From positions 82,832,001 to 82,896,000 of the forward strand of contig NC_088796.1 in the NCBI RefSeq assembly GCF_011386835.1: DNA of 64,000 nt, given 5' to 3'. The translations under genes were made by a program, and so were the position numbers. The notes under the pieces are model-generated. The model did not search any database and was not told the origin of the DNA. It worked only from the letters and a program-made list of their open reading frames with translations. This stretch comes from Chrysemys picta bellii (lineage: Eukaryota). Shown piece by piece: positions 47,544 to 59,861 of this stretch; the first letter of the stretch is position 1; each line of letters starts with the position of its first letter.

Positions 47544-50500
47544 TTTCACCTCAGGTTCTCTGTTTTTGCACACGATTCACCTAAGATGGAAACACAGGGC
47601 TTGATTGATATCAGCTTTAAACAAGCTGGGTTTTGGTTTTTTTCCCCCCCTTAACCAGACCTGTAAAGCAGTCCCAGGCTGTGGCTTCAGCAACCGGCAG
47701 AGTGAGGCCAGCTGAGTTGTGTAGACTCCCACAAAGGGTGTCTTGCTTCCGGCAGATGTCCCAGATACCAGGCCATTCAATTCCACCACAAAAATAGTTG
47801 CGTAAAATATTGTGAGTTCTCTCTGACCTGACAGTGATGGGACTGTTCCGCTTAGCTGGGCTTGTGGAAATATCCAGAATGAGCTGTGGCTTGTGTCCAG
47901 TAAACCTCTCTTCATGGTGCAGCAAAATGCCTATCTGTAAGAATGAGAAAGGGAGAGGATGTGTGGTTCCCTGGCTCCTTTTAATGTTAAGCTTTTAAAA
48001 ATTGGGGTCCGTGTTCCTAATTTTGTGTAGCTGTGTTGATTTTCACCCTCTGAGGATCTGGCCCAGGAAGAATTTTTAAAATTAAGCAGAGTATTTTGCA
48101 TTGTATGTCATGAAATAACGAGGAGATAAGAAGTGATAGCAAAGATTCAGCCCCCTGAGCTGGACAGATTTCTTGGAGCTAGAACACTGCTGATTCTCTT
48201 TAACATTGCTTTTTTCTCTTCACTGCCCTGTTTCTAATCTTATGCCTCTTTGTCTTATCTTTGCTGGGAGCAGGACTGTGTTAGACTAACATGGATTTCA
48301 TAGGAACTCTGAGCACCTTTCTGTCCAAATCATGCTACCAATTATCCCTGAATGCACAGAAAATCCTTATTCATATTGGTCAGTGAAAATGTATTAGACC
48401 CCGGCTGTTCAAAAAATTTTCTGCTCCTAATGTGGACAAGGCTTTCCATTCTGCTTACTATATTTTATCTCCCTTTATCTGAATTTCAGAACTCATCTCT
48501 GTTGCCTAGGGTCTCATTTGCCACTGCCTTGCACCATATGATGTCATTTACATAGGTGCAAATTAGACGGCACAAAGTATAAATGACTCCACGGGATACA
48601 AGGCTTATTTCCTCCCATCTTCCTCTCTTGCTCTTATGTTTCCAGAACTCTGCTAATTTTTCTCCATGTGGTTAAACTCATCTCTTTCCCTGGGCCAAAT
48701 TCCAGTTATAGCTGATTTGGCTCCCTGTCTGTGGAAGTGCATAGTTTTTTAAACTGCCTTCCTCCAGCCAACCTTAAACAGAGAGTATTACACAGATCTC
48801 AAGCACTTTTCTCTCAGGACATCTCAAACCAGGGGTGAGTTTCAATTTTGCCTCAGTTGTACTTGGTTCAGGAGTGGAGGGGGGCAGGAGCGTAGAGGGG
48901 ATTTTATCATATCTTGGCATCTCCCCATATTCTTGGGCAATCTGGGGGCCAATTTGGCTATTAATGTAAATTAGAATATCATTGGTGTGCTCTAACTTCT
49001 CACTCTGCTGCAAAGGTCCTACCACCTGCTCCTGCTAGGCTGTTGGCTATGAGGATGGGTGAAGTAGAGCTGACTGTGATACTGCAATACATTTAATATT
49101 GGCCTCAATCCTATGCACAGAGGTGGATTGGGGGGTAGGTCTAGTTGCATAATCTAGCTGTAGCTATATCAGTAATCAAGTTTTTGGAAATTATTATTGG
49201 TTATTAATTTTATTGCTCTGAGGCCCCAGCCAAGATGTGGCCCACATTTTGCTAGGTGCTGTACACACATAATGAAAAGACTCTGCCCCAGGGAGCTTAC
49301 AATTTAAGAATACAATGAGAGACAACAAGTGGATTCAACAAACAGAGAGGCAACCAGAGGCAGCAGTGAGACAATGATTTCTTTCTTGTTTTCCCCTTTA
49401 GTGATTTTTATAAAGAATTTTCAGTGCAAGTGGTATTCATAGAAGGTACTGACTGGATTGATAGCTGTGAAGACTGAAGCCCTCTGCTAATACACAGTCC
49501 CCGTGCAGAATGGTAGTAGCAATGCAAGGTTGCCTCCATTTGCTCACCAGTTTGCTTCAGCATTGGGTCCCCCTAGAGGTGGGCGAATTTCAGACTCTGT
49601 GCTCATTCACGTCTCTCTCTCTCTTTCTGAAAAGTTTACAGTCGCAGTCTTTGTTTGATGGCAGCTGCAGCCTTTTCATTTGCAAAACACAGTTTATTTT
49701 CAAATAGGTCATGATTTTTCCTACCACTGATGGAAACAACGAAATCTCTGTTTTATTTTTTCATTGATATTTCTTGATGGAAACATATTTGTGTTTTAAA
49801 ATCCCCCTAATGACTAAACGAGCATTACTTCTGCTTTTGGAACTCACAACAAATGGTTAACAAAGTAATATTATTTCCTACACACAGTACAAGGAGTCTA
49901 CACGCTGCAGACAGGGAGTTCTAAAATGCGAGCTAAATCGCCTTGTGTTGTCTAAGCCATGCTACGCTCAAAGCTTATTAATTGGGATTTTTTTTACTTT
50001 TCATGGAGTGCGAGGTGAGATGATATAGCACAAGGATAATGTAATACAGGCTGCAGATATAAACTTTTACAATAACATTTCTTAATAGCTACCTAAGCAA
50101 GGTCAAAACTCTGTTTTCATATATTAATTGAGCCTTGATCTTTATGCATTGACATTAGAGAATGTTGTTGTTCCTCCATAGAATAGAGAGGAAAAGTTAA
50201 CAGATTTGACATACATCTTAAGAAGCTCGAAATAACATTCTTCAGGGTTCAAACTGTCAGTCCAGTCAATGGGAAAAGCTATAGCTATAAAAGGGACATT
50301 AAGGACCAGTTTTATGTCATTTTGGTGTATCTCTGTTGGAGTCCTGCACATTTGCCTGTAAGGACATTGGGTGGCAACCTGTTCACACTACAGATAGGTC
50401 TCCAAAAGCTTGAAAGCATCTAAATTTTCCATAGGCTTAAGTGTTGTGTCTAAACTGCTTGATTGTGGGTAAACTTCAAAATCCCACTGAAAGTCAATTG

Positions 50501-52208
50501 GACCTGGGCTCCTTAGGCACTTCTGTAATTTTTACCTCATATCATTTTTGTTAAAGTGCTTGGTTTTGTAAACAAGAATGTAAGCATTAAAACAATATTA
50601 ACATAATATTTTTTGTACATGAAAATCAAGCTTCAATGACTGCTGATAAAACATCAGTGTCTGTACTAGTACGGTAAGTACAGTACAAACGGCATGAAGA
50701 GTTTAAGATATGCTTCTTTTAGATTAGTGTTGAAAAACTGCCAAGGGTCTTGTGCATACAGAAAAATGTTGTTGGAAAAACATGCACATGGCTGGACTTG
50801 TTGAAACAAGTCCAAATCAAATTACTCATTACCAGATGATTTCATCAAATCAAGTTTGAGGCAAGTGCAGTTTTGATTATCGAGGGAGCTAATATAAGGT
50901 CACTATAGCAAAACAAGAAAATAGACTTCAGGAGCTAAATTCATTCCTGATGTAACTCCAGGGAAGCAGGATTATACTAGGGATGAATATTACCAACATC
51001 ATAGCATGTTTTTTTATTACTGTGATACATTATTGTATGCCATCTTTCTTAAGAGGTTAGCTACAGCCTTGTGAAGGCCAGTCTGGAATTATTTAATAGT
51101 TTCTCTGTACCTCAGAAGATTTTCAACAAAAGGCATGTCCACTTAGCACTTGAGTAGTTAATGGCCAGCATATTGATTAGACACCATAGACCAAGTTCGA
51201 CTCTGACTTATGCCCATGCTATCCCATTCAAAACAATAGAGATGCAGGGTGCAGATATTGTCCTGCCTCCTCATCCTGTGTCTTCAGGATCTATCATCCA
51301 ACTGCAAAATATTTACTATGGGCCTCTCAGCCTGAAATAAACTTTTACCTTTTTTCCCTTGTGGGCAGGTTCCTGGGGAAAAGAATTCTTCCTGCTCCCC
51401 AATATAACCAATGCAAACCAAAACCAGTATTCCATTCAAGTGAGTAGGAAGAGAAGGAAGCAGTATAAGGAGTGTTGATAAGTAAATGAGGGCTGCTAAC
51501 CCTAGACTCAGTTTGTTAGGCCCGAGGCATTGCATTTAGACAAGGCAGAGAAGACACTTTGAGAAGTATTATAGAATCTACACAGTTTGAGAAATTGTAA
51601 AACCAAGGTTCTTAAGAACAATTTCACTTACTACTTTTCTGTTGCTGTCCAGCACAATGAGACCCAGATCTTCATTAGGGCCTCTAGGGGGTATCATAAT
51701 AAAACTACCACTGGCAAAAATAATGGGAAGAATAAAAGGGAACTTCATTTAAGTGTTCAGAATTAAGAACTGTACAGTGAAAACTGATTATTGTTTTATT
51801 TTGGTCATGTTCCATAATAAGAGTACAAGGCAGTCCCTTGTTGACATTGATGTCTGTGAAACAAACCAAAAAAAAATGCAAGTACATCTTCACACAGCAT
51901 GTAGTTAACTTTAGCCTTCATTCCAGCACTCACAGATCATCTGGTTCCTTTTTGATCAGAGAAGTCTAACTTTCTGATACTGTTAAACACGTCTAATGTT
52001 TTTCATTTATTGGTACTAACAGCACACTTTACAGACCCTGGCCACTGGAATCTTTTCTGAATTATTTTTCATTGGACCCTGATTCATATTTAATGAATAT
52101 TGATTATGTTTTTAGGCACACTAGTTCACCAAGTGGAAGCTTGAATAATTAATATTTGCACTTCTCTTTATACTGGGATCATCAAATTTTTCTTTTACAG
52201 TTTATAAA

Positions 52209-53081
52209 TAAGGCTACGGGTATTTTTAGTAAAAGTCAGGGACAGGTCACGGGAAATAAATAAAAATTCATGGCCCATGACCTGTTCATGATATACTAAA
52301 AATACCTGTGATTCAATCTGGGGGGGGGGAAACGCTGGGGGAGCGTGGGAGGACCCCGCAAAGGGGGGTACCCGGGGCCAGCGGCATCAGCAGGGGCGGC
52401 TCCTGGGGTGGCAAGCGCGTGCCTGGGGTGGCAAGCCACGGGGGGCGGCCTGCCAGTTGCAGTGAGGACGGCAGTGAGGCGGCCTTAGGCGGCGTGCCTG
52501 CGGGAGGTCTGCCGGTCCCACGGTTTTGCCGTAATTCGGCGGGGGGTACGCGGCACCGGCAGATCACCCACAGAAACACTGCAGAATCCGCGTGACCGCG
52601 GACTTCCCTCAAGCATGCCGCTGAATGACGCCTGACTGCCCCGTGGTTGGGGTGCCAAAAAACATTGAGCCACCCCTGGGCATCAGCAGCTGGCTGGCAG
52701 GTGACCGCTGATTGGGGCCACAGACAGCGGCTGCTCCAGCTGGCCACCTGGGGACTGCAGCTGGGGCCACGGACTGCAGCTGCTCTGGCCGGCCATCTGG
52801 GAACTGCTGCCTGGGGTCACGGATCACGGCTGCTCTGGCTGGCTGCCTGCCTGGGGACCATTGCCGGGGCTACGGGAGCAGCGGGTAGTATGGCTGTCCC
52901 TGGAGCTGCTCCAGCAGTGGCTGGTGAGGCTGTCCTGGGGCCACCTGAGCAGCTGGCCCCAGAGCCAGCTGCATGGGGGGCCCTGGGGCCAGCCACACTG
53001 GCCCATGCAGAAGTCACGGAGGTCACAGAAAGTCATGGACTCCATGACTTCCACAACCTCTGTGACAGACATGGAGCCCTA
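52209..53081. mobile_element. Non-autonomous hAT element (host of a nested MITE)
   Basis: Termini TAAGGCT / AGCCCTA, with subterminal gtcacgg/ccatgac repeats and an 8-bp TSD tttataaa/gttataaa. Confidence 0.8.
52391..52678. mobile_element. Nested hAT MITE (CAGGGGCGGCTC family)
   Basis: TIRs CAGGGGCGGCTC / GAGCCACCCCTG and a perfect 8-bp TSD GGCATCAG (52383-52390, 52679-52686). Confidence 0.87.
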
Positions 53082-55324
53082 GTTATAAATGATGAAATGT
53101 TCTTTTTAATTAAAAAATCTTTCTCCTTGCCAGAGATAAGCAGAGTCTCACTTTAAATGAAACTCAGTGCCCCGTGTGAAAGTTCAGCCTATTTGTGGCC
53201 AGTTAAAGTGTATTCTCTCTGAAGCAAATTGCAGAGTCCTTTACAGATTCTATTTGACCAAAAGTCGAAGCAAAATTCAGCCACCTCTCTACGTTCTCAA
53301 TGTCTCATATTACAGATCAGTGATTTTAATACACTTGTCGGGGAGCTAATCTCAGGAAATTGGTCATTGGAAAAAATATTTTTATTTTTTTATGGAGGGG
53401 AATGCACATACTAAGGTCAGTGTCCTTAATACACAGGCGAGAATGGACAATTTCTGATTTATTTCTGAAAGTTAATTGGAGGGGGCACCTCCAGGACCCA
53501 AGGACAGCAAGAGAAGGTCATGTACCACACACTGGTTTTCAAATGATGGGCTGGGGCTTTTTTGCTCACTGTGGGCTATCTTGTGGCATTTACATTGTAT
53601 CATTACATTGACGGCAGAGGAGTGCTCTACCCAGAAAGAGCCCCAGGAAAGACTTTAAGAGTTTTGCCTGGGGATTGGCCCATGAAGTATGGCTATACCC
53701 AGATTTAAAATATCCACTAAAACACTGTAATTATAATCTCATATGTTTAGGGACTACAAACCCAGTGATGATAAATTTCCCCTCTGAATTAAAATCTAAT
53801 CTGTGAGCCTGAGAAAGGATTCATTTTCTGTAACATAAATGGAAAATTCATTATGAAAATTAAATTGTAAAACCATAAAATAAAATATTCGGAGCAGCTA
53901 AGTGTTTAATCTATTTTGCCGTATCTTAATTTCTGACAAGCTGTTTGTCACATTTCTAAGACTAGGATTTTCTCTTCCTAAAACTCTGTAAATGCTTTCC
54001 TATAAAAATGGGTAATTCTGCCCTACTCAGGATCTTGCTTTTACTCCTACACATTTGCATCAAACATAGTATATTTGTTTAGCTAGGCAGATGTGATCAT
54101 TGACTTTCAAAAGAGGACAGCATATTACTCCACTGTACTGCACTTTGATTAAAAATAAAACACTATGTAAATGGAGTTTCTGATTACAGTTCAAAAAGTC
54201 TAAGGATCAACCTCAAAATACAGTACTGTTGACCTCAACAAGAGACAGGCTCAAGACACAAAACTTACATCCACATCTGCATCACGATTTCAGACTTCTC
54301 CATAGTTCACAGGTGTTTGGATCTGCACTTTTGATTTTGGTCCATCTGTAATTTGAACAGCTCATTTTGATTGATTTCAAATGTTTAATACAGTTCTTGG
54401 GATTGTCAATGTGTTAATGCCTTCATTCAAACAATTTCTGTGATCATGGCACTAAAAAGAATGTATGTTATAAACAGCTGCATGTGAAAAGAGAGGTTTA
54501 TGTGATTATGATCATAATTCATAAAATATAGAAGCTACATAGTAATTTGGAATTAATTTATTCATAACAGCAGAAAAAACATTCTTCTTGCCTACTAAAG
54601 ATTTTGATACTTTAATCTTTCTCTTCCTAAATTTCTGGTGTTCTGCATTATTTTAGCATTGTAAGTGGCCTAACTTTTTTCTTTTTTAGGCTCTACAAAA
54701 TGTTTGGGTCTCCTTTAAATAGATTATTCAGAATCCTAACGATGATATCAAAGCTGTCCTCCAACTTTCCTGAATAATTATGTAAGTGTTTGAACAGAAT
54801 CCTGAATTATTCTGTTTATTTAGTAGCTAAGTGTTTTACTAGTGCAGATTCATCCCCTTACCTAGGGCTGAAGGTTTGGGCAACCTTCTGCATCCTTCAT
54901 AATTCATAATTTGTAAAGTTTTGAAAAAAGTGTCAGTCAGTCTGTTTGTTTTTTTTGCTTTGGAAAGCGGACCTTGTGGGATTTCTTTAAAGAACCCACA
55001 AAGGAGGGCCTTTTTTTGTGACCCTTCTCAGTGGCAGAAATAGAGTATTAACTTGTTCTCACCCTGGTGTCTTCAGTGTCTGTCCACATGAGACATCTCA
55101 AACCTCACTAAACTGAGTTTGTAAGAGACTGGAAGCAGCTCAATACTTAACTAGTTACATGGTACCAAATTTGGCAATCTCTTGTATAGACTTTGTTGAA
55201 AGCCCTGGATGTGCTGTAACTTCATTGAAGCAATGTGCCTGGAACATTTTGAAAACTATTGTGCCACGTGATCTGTCTACTTTAGACAAGAAAAGAAGCT
55301 CTTTACAGCTAGGTCCTCCATGTT

Positions 55325-56420
55325 AAATGGATTAAGAACAAACAGACTGACTGACAGGCGTGAAAAATAGTTGTCAATGCAGAATCATCATTAAGTTGGG
55401 TGTGTTGCTGGTGGGATTCTGTAGGGATTGGTACTAGACCAGGTACTAGTCAACATTTTGATCAATGAGGTGGAAGTAAATATAAAACCAATGCTGATAA
55501 AAATGTACAGATGACACAAAGATTGGGGGAATGATAAATAATGAGGAGAGGAGGGCAGTTATACAGAGCAATTTGGATTGCTTGGTAAGCTGGGCCTAGT
55601 CAAACAAAATGAGTTTTAATACTGCCAAATGCAAGGTTATACATTTAGGAACAAAGAATGCAGGCCATACCTACAGAGTGGGCAACTGTATTTTGGAAAG
55701 CAGTGATTCCAAAAAGGATTTTAGGCTCACAGCAGACAAACAGAACATGAGTTCCCAGTGTGACGCTGTGACAAAAAGAGCTAATGTGATCCTTGGACGT
55801 ATAAACAGGGAGAGAGGGAATAGGAGCCAAGAGATGAGGCCAATACTAGGATACTGTGACCTGTTCTGGCATCCACATTTTAAAAATGATATTGAAAAAT
55901 TGGAGCGGATGCAGAAAAGAGGCACAAAAATGGTTTGAGGGTTGAAAAAAATGCCTGACATTGAGAGATTTGAAGAGCTCAATCTACATAGTTTATCAAA
56001 AAGAAGAATGAGAGCTTGCTTGATTACTGTGTGTAAGTAGCTTAGTAGGGAGAAAATATAAGGACCTAAAGGGCTCATTAATCTAATCTAGCAGAGAAAG
56101 GTCTAACAAAGAAAACAAAAACAAAACAAAAAGCAATGGCTGGAAGTTAAAGTCAGACAAATTCAAATAAAAAATAAGGCAACACTTTTAACAGTAAGGG
56201 TGATTAACTATTGGACAAACTGCCAAGGCGAATGGTGGGTTCTCTACCTCTTGATATCTTCAAAGCAAGACTGGATCTTTTTCTGGAAAATGTGTGTTAA
56301 TCAGTGACAAGTTATTGGGCTCAATACAGGGTAAAGTGGGTGAAAATCTCTGCTCAGTGTTACATAGGAGGTCAGACTAGGTGATCTAATGGTCCCTTCT
56401 GGCCTTAAAATAGATGAATG
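55325..56420 (+). mobile_element. 5'-truncated, decayed CR1 LINE (RT C-terminal half and 3' UTR)
   Basis: Encodes MSFNTAKCKVIHLGTKNAGHTYRVGNCILESSDSKKD..SSQCDAVTKRANVILG..LERMQKRGTKM. The 3' end reads ggaggtcagactaggtgatctaatggtcccttctggcc. Confidence 0.88.
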
Positions 56421-56496
56421 CTGGTGACACTAGATCTAAGCAATCAGGTGTAGGTTGACCCAAATATATTACTAAGTTCATTACATGGTACTATCC

Positions 56497-56513
56497 GGGG
56501 GGGGGGGGGGGGG
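56497..56513. repeat. Poly(G) tract (17 nt)
   Basis: Read directly from the sequence. It can form a G-quadruplex in principle. Confidence 0.9.
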
Positions 56514-57230
56514 AGCTCTATGTTTTTTGCTGGTGAACAGAACCCTTTTTTTGTTTACTTTTCAAAATTGCCAATGAAGCAAAAAAATGATTTTCCCAGT
56601 TTTAGTATAAATTCCTTTTTCAGAGTAGAATAACTTTTAATGGATTGATTCTCCTTTTGTTACACACCAATGATTTCCATTAACATTAGTAGGAATAAAA
56701 CACACGCATAGATGGGTGAAATGAGTCATATGTTCATGTGACTTTAAAAACAAGAGACAGATTTTTGCCCTTTTAGTCTTTCAGCTCAGAGAGCTGCTTT
56801 ATTCTACAAAGTTGCAGTTCTGGAAATTCATCCAACTTTTTCTAGGACAGTAAGTGCTGGAGCCAGACGCACAAGGAAAATCACCCTTTGATTGATTTCT
56901 ACCAACTGTTTGGGCTGTGAAGAGCAGTGATAAGCTCCTCTGTGTGTTTAGGAATGAGTTATGGTGGTTTTGAGGTTAGAAGACAAAGTGTGCGAGGTGG
57001 ACATCCTGGCTCCACTGAAGACAATGGGAGTTTTTCTGTTGACTTCAGTGGAGCCAGGCTTTCATTCCGAGTGTTTTGGCATTAGGGAATGCTCCTGGGT
57101 GGGAAATCCGTTTCCTTATTTTTCCCCAAATAATTTTGTAAAATAATGTGTAGTAGGGTATAAAAATTTCTCACCCTACAACCCAACTCCCCAAATACCA
57201 TCACTGCTTTTAGCTTTCTCCCTGTGACAC

Positions 57231-57409
57231 TGATGTCAGCGCTCAGGTGGGTGGAGCAAGTGATGACATCACAAGCAACTGATGAGGTTACAATAGGTGG
57301 CTCAGCCTGACTCCCCAGTCTTTGGTGCTGCTGGCTTAAAGTATTTGACCTCCTCCCAGGAGAAACACGCAACAAACAGACAAAGGGCCAGGAATATCTG
57401 CCCACGCAG
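57231..57409 (+). promoter_or_regulatory. Candidate TPPP2 promoter and non-coding first exon
   Basis: Contains CRE-variant octamers TGATGTCA (57231-57238) and TGACATCA (57264-57271), a TA-rich element (ggcttaaagta, ~57335) and a donor-like cag|gttagc at 57409/57410. It lies ~1.16 kb upstream of the acceptor preceding the ATG. Confidence 0.35.
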
Positions 57410-58552
57410 GTTAGCCCAGCCTTTGGATAAGGAGTCAATATTAGAGGGGAAAGGGATCAATTGTGATTTTAGTAATCCTCTGGACTAAATCCAGAGACAC
57501 TACATTGGGATTTCAGATGAGTGCCTCTGGATTTACCCAGGTGAGCAATCTGGTTCTTCCTTTAGAGTTCCAGAAGCATTGGGAGTACTTTAAAAGCCCT
57601 ATCAGCCCTGAAGAAACTTGAAGGACAGAACCAGTGGGTGAAGGGACGTGGGTGTCAATAGGACATGATGGAAATTTCTAAGAAGCCTAAGGGGGTTAGA
57701 CACTCAAATCCCTTTAAAAATCAACAGAATTGGTTGCCCAACTCCCTTGTACTGCTTTGAAAATCCTGGCATGGTTCATACATGTTCTCTCTCAAGCCTA
57801 AATACAATAGTCCTGAGTCTGAATCAATTGACAATTAATGGAATATTGACAAAGGGTCAGAAGAGGCTAAAGAGCTATATCTGGGGAGTTAGTGAGAAGG
57901 AGAGTATGACTGATTTTGGGTTTGATTCTAAATTCAGCCCCAAACCTAAACTAGGATTTTCAGATCTGCCTAAGGGGATTTGACAAGCGGTCTCCATTTA
58001 ATTTTAATGGGAATTGGCTGTCCTAATTGCTTAGACAGCTTTCAAAATCTCAGACTTCATTTCTCCATCCCTTAGTTCCCCATCTATAAAATGGGAATAA
58101 TTCCCTCCCTCAGAGGCTAAATTCAGGGATGTGTGAGGCTCAGATACTATGGTAATAGGGGCCTAAATAGGTAGCTATGGTCTGACCTCGCAATGTCATT
58201 CACTGGGGGGTGGGAGGGGGTGGAGGAAGCAGGCCCTGCAGGAATCTTCGGGTGGAATCCCAAGGTTTGTGTGATGCTGGAGCTCTGACTATGGATGTGG
58301 TTTCCAAAGCTGTCCAGAGGATTTAGGTACCAAATTTCTTTACATTTTAATAGACTAAGACTGACATACACCCGCTCCCAAAATCCCAACTCTGTAGAAA
58401 TAACCTCCACCCATTTCTCTTCTCTCCTCAGACACCCCACTCCTAAATTCCAGTTGTATTTGTGCAAATATCATTATGACCCCCAACAACATAGTCTCAG
58501 GGTGAAGGGTTGTAGTGGTGATGTCTTGGTGGGGAGGCCCATCCTAACAGTC

Positions 58553-58574
58553 TTCCTTTTTCCCTAGCCCGAAG
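58553..58574 (+). other. Splice acceptor 7 nt upstream of the TPPP2 start codon, implying an upstream non-coding exon
   Basis: The sequence tcttcctttttccctag|cccgaagATG has a polypyrimidine tract with AG at 58566-58567, and the ATG has a purine at -3. Confidence 0.75.
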
Positions 58575-59636
58575 ATGTCGGAGTTAGAGAAAGCCTTCCA
58601 TAAATTTGCCATGTACGGTGACACGGCTGCCACTGGCAATGATATGACGGGCAAGAACTTTTCCAAGATGTTGAAGGATTGTGGTGTGATGGACGGGAAG
58701 GCCGTGACCAGCACCGATGTTGATATTGTGTTCAACAAAGTCAAGTGCGTGGGCAATGGAGAAGAGATGGGAGCAACAGATAAGGGATGGGAGAGGAAAA
58801 CAAAGAGGGGAGAAGAGCTAGTTTCCCAGTGTGATGAGTGCAGTGGGATGTTCTGGACTTTTTGCTGCCACCACTGGGTCAGGGAGCTGCAGTAACTTCC
58901 CATGTCTGTTCCCCTCTCACTGCAGGACCAAAGGCGCTCGCACCATCAACTTTGCTGAGTTCCAGCAGGCCATGAAGGAGCTGTGTGGCAAGCGGTTCAA
59001 GGGCAAGTCTCCTGAGGAGGCCCTGCAGGCTGTGTATGCATTGATGGAGGGCAAGGAACCAGCCAACGTGGGTGTAACAGTGAGTACCAGCTCTCTCTAA
59101 GGTGTCCCAAACCCGGCACCCCTCACTTCCCTACCCCAGCACCAGATCTCCCTGCCATCTGTACAGACCCCACTTGGAGCAGGAATGAACCCGCTATGAG
59201 GACTCTTCTTCCCTTCCACCTGCCCAAGATCCCACTTCACTCAGGGAAAGAATGAGCATAATGTGAGAGATAACACCCCACTCAGGACAGGAACTAACCT
59301 AATATGAGCTTCATGGAGATGCTATATCCCCCTGGAAGCAGGAATGAGCCCAGTACAACCCCCACACAGGCCCCACCCTTTGGGGTAGGCCTGAAACTAT
59401 TGTGAGATCCAACCTCAATTCTGCTAACTTCTGCTGCGCCCTGTCTCTTACAGAAAACCACCACAGCTGGTGGGGTTGATAGACTGACAGACACCAGCAA
59501 ATACACAGGCTCCCACAAGGAACGGTTTGATGAGAGCGGCAAGGGGAAAGGGATAGCTGGCCGTGAAGACATGACCGATGGCAGTGGCTATGTTGGGGCC
59601 TACAAGGGAGCTGGCACCTATGACAAGACACACTAG
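58575..59636 (+). CDS. TPPP2: Tubulin polymerization-promoting protein family member, best match TPPP2 (p25-beta/p18); join(58575..58744,58926..59079,59454..59636), 168 aa
   Basis: The spliced translation is [57 protein letters not shown] / [51 protein letters not shown] / [60 protein letters not shown]. Both introns are GT-AG (AA|gtgcgt..ctgcag|G, phase 2; ACA|gtgagt..ttacag|AAA, phase 0), with no stops or frameshifts. It carries the p25-alpha domain hallmarks RLTDxSxYTGxHKERFD and GKGKGxxGR. The motifs KNFSK, CGVMDGK, KSPEE, LMEGK, DTSKY, GREDMTD and YKGxGTYDK, plus the short N-terminus, favour TPPP2 over TPPP/TPPP3 (from recall of the human paralogues). Confidence 0.93.
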
Positions 59637-59699
59637 CGCTGGCACTGTACCTTAGGGAGCCCTACACCCTGTCCTCTCCTGTAACCTAGGAGGGAGGCC

Positions 59700-59705
59700 A
59701 TTAAA
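59700..59705 (+). terminator. Probable TPPP2 polyadenylation signal (ATTAAA)
   Basis: ATTAAA lies 63 nt after the stop codon and is followed ~25-50 nt later by a GU/U-rich tract (ttctttgtgcgtgtgtgtgttatttct). Confidence 0.6.
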
Positions 59706-59861
59706 CATCTCATGCTCATTGCACCTTGGCTTCTTTGTGCGTGTGTGTGTTATTTCTGGGGGAATACTGCACCACTCCGTGCACACAGAATTTATGTTCC
59801 CTGCAGAAAAAATGACTTCTGACAGGGAAGCAAAGGGAAGTCTCAAGAATAGTCATGTGCC

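Noticed and set aside
51284-51330. VNILQLDDRS as a CEP72/LRRC36-like exon (paralogous neighbours of TPPP genes)
   Set aside because: A stop follows immediately, and no LRR exons were found elsewhere. It is likely a chance match.
58745-58895. ORF-track extension of TPPP2 exon 1 (CVGNGEEMG...)
   Set aside because: This is read-through into intron 1. Homology resumes only after the AG at 58924-58925.
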